Shown: positions 50,900-62,015 of the stretch, one piece after another
Numbering within the stretch: the stretch's first letter is position 1
How the letters are laid out: every line of letters starts with the position of its first letter
Source of the DNA: Rhodosorus marinus CCMP1338
Taxonomy: Eukaryota > Plantae > Rhodophyta
Reading direction: 5' to 3'
Assembly: GCA_029953675.1 (NCBI GenBank)
Contig: JAMWBK010000013.1
Location: forward strand, 310,001 to 374,000
DNA: 64,000 nt
The notes under the pieces: model-generated
What the model saw: only the letters and a program-made list of their open reading frames with translations
Database searches by the model: none
What the model was told of the DNA's origin: nothing
Position numbers and translations under genes: made by a program

Positions 50900-51450
50900 T
50901 GGAAACGATGTAACATTGGCTGTAGAGGTTGGTTTGCCCTGGAAAATTCGAGTGGAAGGGCCCCTTTGGAGGCAGTGAGAGTGATTGAGAGGACTACTTA
51001 CTTTAGAGCGAGGTGGAGGACCTGGTTGCTGATAGTTTTCATCTCTGAAGTACGTGCTTGCTTGCCAACATTCAATGCTCCTCCTGAACTTGTTATTTCC
51101 GCTGGAAGGATGTAATGGGATGTCGTGCAACTGCGTGGTTGAAGTTCAAATTTCATGGCTCTCCAGTCGCTCTCTTCATATGCGGACGACCTATGGGGGC
51201 TGAAGATGGCAAATCTTGTCATAAACGCGGTTTGTGAACTAAGAGGATGAGCGAGACAAGGGTAAAAGAATTCTACGCGACAAGACTGTTCATCGATGAA
51301 AACTACGAAGTAGTTGTACTTCCAGCCAAGACAGGCCCGCATACGTCCTGTGCAAAATTGTCAAATTAGTCTTAACCACTTGCATCTTGGATAGTTTTCT
51401 ATTGCTTCCTTGAATATTAAGCCGTAGAACACGACGGCAGCAGGTTGCAG
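50900..51450 (-). mobile_element. Degenerate Ty1/copia integrase fragment
   Basis: LTILH/DVCGP (51333-51347), KYNYFVVFIDEQSCR, and ALNVGKQARTSEMKT (cf. QNGVAERKNRTL.EM), broken by frameshifts and stops. Confidence 0.75.
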
Positions 51451-52286
51451 CATAGATTGTATGCTTTCCTCTGCATCGCTTGTCCACTGGTAGGAAACGA
51501 GACTGGAGTCCTGTCGAAGTTCTAACGAAATGCAATGAATTGTTACTACAGGGTAGCGTCGTCGGCATCGAGGACTCTGAAGCGATGGTTGCAAAGGAGT
51601 CCTAACCACTCCGAGCACGTCGTACCCCGAAAATGTCCGTGACTAGCGTAATCCTGGTCTCTGCGAGATTCTACAAACAAACCATGCTTCCAAATACGTT
51701 GAAGTACAAGCGGCTCCGACAAGTCACCACCTTCCCAGCCCGGCGGCTCAGTTAACCTTGCTCAACCTCCGACCATCCACACCCAAATCATACCTGCTAA
51801 ACACAACTCAACAAACACAAACCTCACCTCACATCGCTCGCAAAAACCTTCCGAATCAGATCTCCACTGTCAACAACATCAAATCACAGCTATCAGATCT
51901 ATCACATCCAACCGCTCCACTTCCCCCCGCCCACTCACATACCCAACCCATCACTTTCCATTACCTTTCTCGCTTATCTACTATGGAACCTAATTTTTTT
52001 TATCGAACTAGCGACGAGTATCAACGAACATTGGCCTCTCCACGCAATAGTCTTTTTTGGCCAAGCAGATGATATGATACGCAGCACATGCATTTCGGGG
52101 GAGCATCACTGAGGTGCGGAGAACATTGGAGGTGAAGATTCCCCTCTTTGGCCAAGGAATTTAAGGAGTTAAGGAGGGTAGAGGTTAAACTTATCCTCTC
52201 CGATGATAGCAGACGCGATATCCTATCGTGAGGTACGGAGAGAGAGAGGGAGCGGGGAGATTTCTTTTGTTAGTTGGGGGCCAAAG

Positions 52287-53600
52287 ATGAGGACGATGTT
52301 ACTTTTTAGTGTAATTTTGGAGTTTTTTGGGTGTTTGGTTTTGGTTTCTGGATTTGAGACGAGTGATCTTCCAGGACTATATAAGTTGGTATCTTGTGAG
52401 TCTGGAGCTGGGTGTCCGGAGGAGCTAAGAATTGAAAAGTTTTATAACGTGATTGCCAGAGAGGCTGGTGAGGTTGGTATAGGAGACTCCCACCATTTTC
52501 CTGGATTTGGCTGTTCTGGAAGCGGCGATTTGTTTGGAGGAATTGAGTTTGCGAGCACTGGTAAGTGAGCAGAGCCCTGGCCTGTTGCTTGCTTTTTTTG
52601 TTTTGTTGTTCTTGACTTGTGAGCTGATGGGCTGGGCTTGGAATACCGCAATCACTTCTTGTGTTCAGAGGATGGAGGAAAAAGTGAGGATACCGGGTTC
52701 GTGGTTGGAGGTGAACCGTTCCAGGATACAGGTGTCTTTTCCTTGGAAGAATTGAATTGCGAGCGGTGGGAGGTTATCGAAATCTCAATCCTTTCGAATG
52801 GCAACACCACGGCCGTGTTCAGTGAGAGAGACGATGGAAACTCCCTGGTGGAGATAAAGGGAAGTTATCAACTCACCGAGGAACCGGCTTGTTTCTCAAC
52901 CAGTTCTGAGGTCCGAGTACGCCGCGACGACGGGTAAGGATTCAATAGGAGCCTTTTAACTCAGGAACGATCAGGAAAATCGTCTGCCGCGCGATTCTCG
53001 TGAGCTCCTTACCTAAGGAAACTTTGTCTTCTCCTTTTTCTAGGAGCCTGACCAGAATGCCCCTGGGAGAAGTCCAAGTCGGCGATTTCGTAGAGTCTCT
53101 AGATTGGAGAGGTGAACGGTCCTTCTCCAAAGTATATTTAATTCAGCACGCTGGTTCGGCTTTGTACTCGGATGTAATTGACGTCCATGTTATAACCGTT
53201 GATGGTAATCCGACTCGTACTCCAAAGCTGCGACAGAGTTCAGAAACTCAAATATTGGACTTGTGCATATTTTCGGATTGTTTTAGGAGGAAACGGTAGA
53301 CTGCAGGTAACCGGGGATCACATACTTCTTTCTGAGGGAATGAAACCAGTGAGAGCTTCGGACTTGAAGCTAGGAGATCAGCTACTGTATCTGAGCGGGG
53401 ACGATTCCAGAGCTGTAGAAGCTTCGGTGGTGGAGTTAAAAAGGGCTCGTAGTGCCGTCGCCAACGTCAATACGTTTAACAACCGGCTTGTCGTCAATGG
53501 CTTCGCCGCAACTACACATTCTGTTCCGTTCCGTCTTTCTGCGAGACTTTTAACGCCATGGCTAGACGTTCTGGTACGACCGCATAACTTGACCTTTTGA
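52287..53600 (+). CDS. Secreted protein with C-terminal hedgehog-type Hint (Hog) autoprocessing domain; exons 52287-52560, 52669-52933, 53044-about 53206, 53287-53600
   Basis: Signal peptide MRTMLLFSVILEFFGCLVLVSG; Hint block A PA|CFSTSSEV (Cys at 52890), VQVGDFV, block B LQVTGDH, ASDLKLGD, block F ANVNTFNNRLVVNGFAAT. Confidence 0.85.
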
Positions 53601-54118
53601 TATCGCGCCCAGCTTAGGGTGCTCACAGATACTGCTCTCTTTTCCCTCGCCGATTCAGGCATCTCCTTTTAAGCTTTTGTCAACGCTTGGCACTGATCGA
53701 CTCGTAAAGGCCGTTGACACATCGCTAAACAAGCTTTTTCGAAAGTAGTAGAAGTGTCCGTCTGGGTGGGAGTTTGTCGGGTTCAAGCCCTCCAGTTCTC
53801 GGTCTTCGAATAGGTATGTGGTCTTCAAAGAGTTTTGTATAAAATGTCATCCGCATGCTCCATATCGGTTGGTTCGGCTCGTGAAGATGACTAATAAGAA
53901 AGGGTCCTTCTATTCTTTAACAAATGGTAAAAACGGAGCTCCATCTCCGGGGGGAGATACAACAAAGAGTCAACAAAGAAATAATATCCCAATCCACGAG
54001 CGGACAATTAGCAGTTGTTTGTGTATCCCCCCTCCCCCCCCACCATTAGGTCACTCCGCTCCAGAGGTGGGTCGGACTATCTAGATAATCCGCTGCGGGA
54101 GTTGTACGTTTGCATATT

Positions 54119-57100
54119 CTACAACTGCTGTTGTTTCACCAGAGAAGAATACACTCCCCCATGGCTCGTCATCAGCTCGTGGTGTGTGCCCTTCTCCACG
54201 ATCTTCCCATCAGATACTACCGCGATCGTGTCCGCGTGCTGAATAGTCGACAGTCGGTGCGCAATAACGATCGTCGTCCGACCAGATGCCGCCTTGTCCA
54301 ATGCCTTCTGTACAATCTTCTCCGATTCGCTGTCGAGAGCACTCGTCGCCTCATCGAGTAGAAGGATCTTCGGGTTCCGCACTACCGCTCGAGCAATCGC
54401 AATACGCTGCCTCTGTCCACCGCTCAGCTGCCCACCGTGTGCCCCGACCTGCGTGTCGTAACCCTTCGGCAACTTCATCACAAACTTGTGTGCATTTGCA
54501 AGCTTCGCCGCATTCACGATATCCTCCTCCGTCGCTACTGATCCCTCCGCCTTGCGCATACCGTGAGCGATGTTCTCCCGAACCGTCGTCGAGAAAAGCT
54601 CAGGCTCTTGCGTCACAAATCCAATGTGGTCCCGCATCGACGCAAGATTCCAGTGTTTCAGTGGCTCCCCATCGATCTTCACAGTCCCAGAATACGGGTC
54701 ATAGAACCTCTCAGCAAGCGTCACAACCGTACTCTTTCCTGATCCGCTGGGTCCCACCAGAGCAAGCATCTTCCCCTTCTCCGCCTTCACTTGCAATCCT
54801 TTCAGAACCGTCATTTCAGGCCTCGCCGGGTACCTGAACGATACGTTCTTAAGCTCCACTTCTCCCTGGCATTTCTCCATCACCTCGCCGCTCTCGTCGA
54901 ACGGGTCGATTGGCGACTCCTTGTCTATTAAACGGAAGACCCTGGTGGCCGCGTAGCCGGCATCAGCAGCGTCTGGCATAAGCGCCGCCACTTGTCCAAG
55001 AGTCATAGCTCCGAACAGCAGCGCAGTTAGCGCCTTCAGCATTCCAGCAAAGTCGCACCATTCCCAGCTTATCAGAAGCGACCCAAACCAGAAAGACAGA
55101 CCCCAAATACCAAACATGCAAAACTGCGTAAACCCGAACGCTGATCCAGTGATCAACGCCTTGCGCTTCCCAGTTTGCGCCGGTATTTCAAGTTCATGGT
55201 CATAGTCTGCGAGGAACTTTTCTCCCACTCCAAGCGAAGTCACAGTTTGGATGCTGTCTACCGTGTTCGTGGCAATCGCGTTCGCGTTAGCAAACAGCTT
55301 TCCAAGTTCCCCTGAAAGTCCACCCATCATCTTCATTTGAATCATCCCACCAATAGCGAAAAGTGGAACCGTGAGTAGAACAACCAGCGCAAGCGCCCAA
55401 CACGCACTGAACGCGATTGCGATTGCTGATACCATCGTTGCTCCCATCATGACAAAGTTTCCGAGGCGTTCCCCAGTAGCTCCCTTCACCTTCGCAGCCT
55501 CAGCTCCGAGACGAGTAGTAAGAATTCCCACACTATTCTCCCGCATATCGAAGAAACCAACGTCCTGACGAATGATCGCCTTGAATGTCATCTTGCGCAG
55601 TCGATTCGTCAGTCGCTCTCCAGTCAACCCGAAGAAGAACAACTGAGCCAGGTTGGACCACAGTGAGACAAAACCAACGAGTACGAAAATGAGACTCCAG
55701 AAACGAGCCTCTGCTTGATCGTTAGTCTCTACGAGTACCACAAGCATTTCCGACATCAGCAGAGAGAATATAGGCCAGATCACTCCCGAAATACACGCTC
55801 CCACGATTCCACCAACGAAGTAGGGCCACTCCGGTTCGTTCAGTGCCAGAGCTCTTGTTACGACACCCTTGTCCACAACTTTCTCCGCCTGCGCCTCCGT
55901 CTCCAGGTCGGTTTCACTCAACCCTGTTGCGCTCTTCGTCGTCTTGTGAACGGATTTCCCCTCCGTCTCGCTCTTTTGAGTAGCGCGTCGTGAGGTTGAG
56001 AATTTAGATTGGTCAAGTTCACCTCCTTCATCTTCTTCGTCGTCTGCGATCTGTTGCAATTTCACGAGGTTGGAATAGATGCCGTGTTCCTTCGCAAACA
56101 ACTCGTCATGAGTCCCGAGCTCTTTAACGGCCCCGTTCTCGAAAACCGCTATTTTGTCGGCATTCTTAATCGTCGACAGGCGGTGGGCAATCAGCACCAC
56201 TGTCCTCCCTTCCTGCGCCTTGTCGATCGCTTCTTGTACCACTCGTTCAGACGCCGTGTCCAGTGCACTCGTAGCCTCGTCCAGAAGCAATATCTTCGGG
56301 TTTCTCACAAGCGCTCGCGCAATCGCAACACGTTGTTTTTGTCCACCGGACAGCTGCGCACCTCGGTCCCCAATCACAGTGTCATACCCTTCTGGTAGCT
56401 TGCTGATGAACTCGTGAGCATTTGCCAACTTTGCAGCCGCAATAACCTCCTCCAGCGACGGTTCCATTCTTCTCACTTCTCGACCTTCCTCAGTGTCCAC
56501 CACATCAATCCTTCCTCCAAGTCCAATGTTGTCCCGGATTGACATCGCGAACAGCGTCGGCATCTGAGATACAAGCCCGATCTGTCCCCTCAGCCACTGC
56601 ACGTTCATTTCGCTCAGCTCCACCCCGTCCAGAGTCACCGATCCCCCCTTCGGATCGTAGAACCTCTCCAACAGTTGCATCGTTGTTGACTTTCCACATC
56701 CACTCTCTCCCACCAGCGCCACCGTTGTTCCCGCCTCAATCGTCAGGTTCAATCCGTTCAGAACAAGCCTATCAGGCCTCGAGTGGTACGTGAACATCAC
56801 GTCCTTCAGTTCGATGTTTCCCTGCACCTCCATTCCGGCCTTGCCTTCTACCCCGAACGCATCAATTTTGCTTTGCCTTTCGATCACTTCGAAAACCCTG
56901 GGCGCTGCCCCTCGTGCCTCTGTAATTGCGTTCATTGCTGGAGCTCCTTGTCCGAGAGCCATCGCTCCGATAATTACGGAAAAGAATACCGTAACCACGT
57001 CCGCTGCGCTCATAACCTCATCCCGCACAAGTTTGTTCCCATACCAGAACGCCAGTCCGTACGAGCAAAGAATTACGAACATCGTTAAGCCCATTCCTAA

Positions 57101-58345
57101 GCCCATCCAGAACGATTTCCGAATTCCTGAAGATATCGCAGCTGCACAAAGGTAAATGAACAGGAGTCCACGTTAAATACAGCCCTCGGCGTATGTGTTT
57201 CCCGAACCAGAAAAAAATTGAATCCGCAGCGAGCTCGCCTGCAGGCTTACCTTTCAGCGCTTCTCCGTAGCGCTCAATCTCCGATGCTTCCAGGCCGTAC
57301 GAGGCGACAATCTTTATCATCGAAAACGACTCGTGCGCAATTGCTCCCGCCTTCGCATACGCCGTCTGTCCCTCGCCTACTGCGTCCGCTGACATCTTCG
57401 CGAACAAGTACCCACTAGCAGCCAGAAGCGGTGTCACGGCGAGGATGACCAGTGTCAATTGCCAACCGTAGACGAATCCAATGATGAATCCCACAAGGAA
57501 CATCGTCATGAACTGTGCAGCAGTGGACACCTTGTCTCCAATCCCATCTTCCACTTTCTGGATGTCTCCAGATACACGTTGAGCTAGCTCCGCAGAGTCA
57601 ACCTCATCGTACCAGCCCATCTCCTGTGAAAGAAGAGAACGCATGTACAAGTTTCGCATTCTCCTTGCCTGCTGTTGACTCGTCCACATCATAAAATAGA
57701 CTTGGCAAACTCCAGCGACAAGAGCACCAAGCCCCAAATAAACGAATATCAGAGCATTGTTCCTGATGGATTCGAGGGCTTCGTCCGGATTGTCGAGCGA
57801 TTCCTCACTACCAAAATCCTCCAAGATATTTCCGAAGATGATGGTGAACATGGGTAGGAGTGCTCCTTGGCATGCACCGGCGAAGATTCCAATAAGTATA
57901 AAGAGCCTCTCCCGCCTATTTGAATACGTGAAAAGCTTCGCAAGCGAAACCGCTGGAGGCTTTTCGACCTTCTTCCTCTTCCGTGTGAAAAGTCCAAAGC
58001 ACACCTTGACTTCCTCATACTCAACCTCTTCATCTTCAAGCAGCTTTGCCTCTGGGTCCTCAAATATCACTTCCTCATCCTGTTCATTCGGCCACATACA
58101 GGATAGAGTCAATACCGGACAGGCGGAAGACCGATTGAGCCCTTCAGACTAGCGGGAACCACTTACCTCCTCATCCGAATCATACGAGGTTTTCACCTGG
58201 GATTCATGAAATTCAAAAACGAAGAGTCAGATCTATGCCCCCACGTTGGCAGAGGTTCAGCGCAGTATCCTTTGGAAAGCCAGCCTACCGTTGGAAGGTG
58301 CTTCGAATCCCCCAACTCCGCGACCTCGACCTCCGTCCCCGACAT
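54119..58345 (-). CDS. ABCB1: Full-length ABCB/MDR (P-glycoprotein-like) transporter, TMD-NBD-TMD-NBD
   Basis: Two Walker A (GESGCGKST, GPSGSGKST), two signatures (LSGGQKQRVAIARA, LSGGQRQRIAIARA), two LLLDEATSALD; short 5' exons from ATG 58345. Confidence 0.95.
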
Positions 58346-60715
58346 CCTGTCAGTAGTCGCCAAAATACTCCCACCCCTCAACAGGCCAGGGCCTTCACAA
58401 TGCCTCCTCTTCTTCTCCCACGCCAGTCAAAATCTTCACTACCGAGGTTGCTCCACCTCTCCCTCCCTTACACCGAACGAGAGACAGTCTTAACTCACCG
58501 TTCCCAACCCTCGCCCCCCGTCTCACACTCTGTACTCACTTCACACACCTACTCTCTTAAACTACCGGAGATCGTAGCTTAACTCCAAAAGCGGAGTTAG
58601 GGACGGCTTTTGCAATCCAACAAAACAACCAGAAAAAATCCGAAGGTTCTTGACGAACATTGATGGTAACAGTAGCCTTCAATTAATAAAAATTGCGAAG
58701 AAAATTGATCAGAAACGGGTCCACACTACAACTACCTAGTCCAATCTATTAAAAAACGATGAAACAAAACGAACCCGGCCGAAAACAAACAATTATCGTG
58801 AGGAATTCCAATTTTTTCGTTTCTTTTTCATAGCATGGCTGTTTTTCTCTTTTTTCAAGGGCTGCTGGCATCTAGTTCTCTTTAATTTGGTTTGTTTTTC
58901 GGGTACTATTTTCAGATAATGCTTTTCATAATAAAAAAGGTATATCGTGAACGGTCAGGTTTTGCTACGGTGATAGTCACTAAGGAGTTGTGAATGTGAT
59001 GACGGAAGATGTTCACATTTATAATGTTTTTAGGAAATTTCAGTACGGGGCGGAAGAGGAGGGAAACGCTTAAATGGGCAGCCCTAAAATAGACAGGGGT
59101 TCTTGAATATTTAGGGGAAATTTCATGGCCCGGAAAAAAAAAGGAGGGTAGTAACTACATCCGAGAGGGGGGGGGGAATCCTCATTCATTGCACACGAAT
59201 TACAGCCTTGTAGAAGCTGGTGTATGATTTTCCCCAGAGAATCGAGCACGAAAGGGGCCTAACCGTTAACGGAACGACCTCCTTGATTTTCAATCCATAA
59301 TGTCTCTAAACGACCCTCTTTTTTTTTTTGCCATAAGGACAAACACATGATTTTGAGGCTGTGTTGGGATATCGCGGTGAGGGAAGGTAGGGGTTGGCTT
59401 GAAAACTATCAATCAATTCTTGTAGTCCGATGACGGCCCAGAAACCTTGTCATGAGACAGCTTCCCGAGTAAAATAATCCCGAGGGGTAGTAGGGTGCTA
59501 GTGTAGTTTCTCAAAGTGGGTTCACTGTTTGAACCAAAAAAGAAACTCCAAGTATTCCTCATCTATCGATATCTTCCCCGGATTTTTTTTTCGGGGAAAT
59601 GTGTCGTGAGCTACTCGCAAGGGGAAAATATATAAAATACAATACAGTACCCTAAGGCAGACCAACCTCCACGACTCGACCTGCTTGTGGAGGGGGAGAG
59701 TTTCTTTTTTCAGCCCAAAAACGCGAGAAAGGATTGCCAAACGAGAATTTGAGGGCCGGTGGGTTGCCCGCTGGAAAGAGGGTAAATTCATCAAATAACA
59801 CAATGACTGCTGAAAAGCACTAAGAAGAGAGAGTCTTTAGAGCAAGCGCTCTTCACAAATTATCAATAAATAAAACTACAGCCCCTCCTAGAATGGTAGC
59901 AAGTGTCAAACTGACAGGTGACGATGAAAACTGGTATATGCACTGGGACGATCGTCGGGAGTGCAAGGTGGATTTGTTTTCATATTTTACTGGATGATAT
60001 CGAAAACTCAAGAAATGAGGGCCATGCGGGGTCAGAATATAACTCGAGAAATTATTAGTTTTCCATATAGAAATGGCTGTATTAATTTAAAAACAGGTGA
60101 GTTTTAGCAATTCACTATGTTTATTGGTAGAAAGGGCGTCTCCGGGGTTGACACTGATCGGGGTTTGATTGCATTTGCTCAGCCAGCACTATTCTGTCCA
60201 TACAATAGCTAAGCAAGAGGTGGGAATGGGATCTGCACAAATTTCTAGCTCTTGATTGCTGTACTTGCAACGGCTTTCCAAATGTTCAGATTGAAGGCCT
60301 CCGGTTTCTTCCCACCTGCTGATGAGGTGGACGTGGCATTTTGACATGTGGATTTCGTCCGTCCCCGAGTTTTGTTGCATGGCCTTGCTGAACGTGAACG
60401 TGATATGTAGGAGGTGGCTTCTTTCACATTATCCCATTGAGAACAGAATGATCCCGTACAGCACACTGCAATTTTTTCTGGCTCAAATGCATGAGCGTAA
60501 GTAATGATTGTTGCTTACATATGGAACGCCAACCAGACTTTTTCCCCAGAGCTTGTAGCCCTCATGTGTCGCTACGAGCCATAGTAGGATGTGGTGCTCG
60601 CAAACTGCTGTGCCTTTCAATTGTGCTGGCATATGCTTGGAGTGGATTGTGGAGCAGCAGTTCGGTGCTGTGTGAGGAAATCCCAATCATAATAACGACA
60701 AAGCGTCACAAACTT

Positions 60716-62015
60716 GGTTTGCTTCCCCGATTACCCGTAGGCCTTTGCGTGTTTTCGTGACCCTCTCTGATGTTTCAGTGGACACCGTGGGCTTAATCAC
60801 ACCCTTTCCATGGACAACCATATGTCCTGGCGAGGGTGAGCGTGCCCAAGACTACAAAAAGCGCTCGATTTCTAAGCAAAGTAGTTTCCCGCGAGCAGGG
60901 TGTCCCTTCCTGACAGGACAAGTTCCACTGCTTTTCTGAGATCAGCCAATTACAGTAGGGCAGATCCTTCACCAAACCGATCAAATTTCCTCAACTATCA
61001 AAGCCAGGTAGCGTTGCGTAGCCTTCAACCAACATTTTGCTATCGGCTGGAAATCCAGACCCTATTTTGAGCTAGCGACCACCTCGGCCGGGAAGCCAAG
61101 GAACCAATCGCTCGGATTCCAGCTCATTTGAAAAAGACGTGTAACAGAATTATTTTTATGTGTCCTCGATCGAAAGTCTCTCATTGCGGCCAGCAGATTC
61201 CACCGAATCAACAAGACAGTTGCGTTTGTCACAGCTTTCAATACTGTCCCAATTTCTATTTCGATACTGGTACGGCTGGTGAAATGGTAGGTGGAGTGCT
61301 GAGCCGTTTTGCTAGGTAACCAGAGACAGCACAGATGCTGCAGACCGATGGTACCTCTCTAGATAAGCTATTCATAGCTTAGCTACCCTGGGAAACGCGA
61401 CAGAAGACGCCGATGCCTCGCGCCCTGTACAGTCGACTGCATTTCCTGTCCCGCGATGAACTGCAACCGCGATTATATTGTCGAGGCCCTGTTATGCGCA
61501 TGCGCTCTAGCATATAGTTCCATTTGTCGCACCAGGCAAAATTCCGAAAAGTCTGTGGCACGGATGTTCCAGAGTTTTCAAGGACCGTTCCTTTCGCAAA
61601 GCGCTTCCGCTCGCGCAGAGTTTCACAACCTATCCCCAGGCTGGACCAAAACGGCGCTTGTATAGAGAGAGGTGCTAGTCGCTACAGCACGTGAGAATAT
61701 TTGATCAGCTTGCTGATGTGCGGATTCGTGAACAGCCCTTGCTCTGAAGACTGCTTTCCTTGTGTTTTTCAGCAGTCATTGTGCTTGAATATCCAAGTTG
61801 CCACCTCGTGGATAAGTCATACTTACCACCTCGGACAATCGAAATCAATGAGGATCGCAGCATCTGTGGAAAAAGGAGTTTGCTCTGTCCGCCTTCCAGC
61901 GTGTCGACTGCGTCATCGCGTCATTGCGTCCAGCACTAAACCCCAGCGGTGTCCACTGAACATCAGTGAGGGTCGCGAAAACACAGAAAGGTCTACAGGT
62001 GATCGGAAGCAAACC
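60716..62015. repeat. About 70-bp imperfect inverted repeat pair (60716-60787 / 61947-62015) enclosing about 1.16 kb; candidate non-autonomous TIR element
   Basis: Left arm reverse complement CGGTGTCCACTGAAACATCAGAGAGGGTCACGAAAACACGCAAAGGCCTACGGGTAATCGGGGAAGCAAACC vs right arm CGGTGTCCACTGAACATCAGTGAGGGTCGCGAAAACACAGAAAGGTCTACAGGTGATCGGAAGCAAACC. Confidence 0.7.

Noticed and set aside
61200-61720. Possible RT remnant (TAFNTV) inside the inverted-repeat element
   Set aside because: A single short motif, with no QG..LSP or YxDD support.
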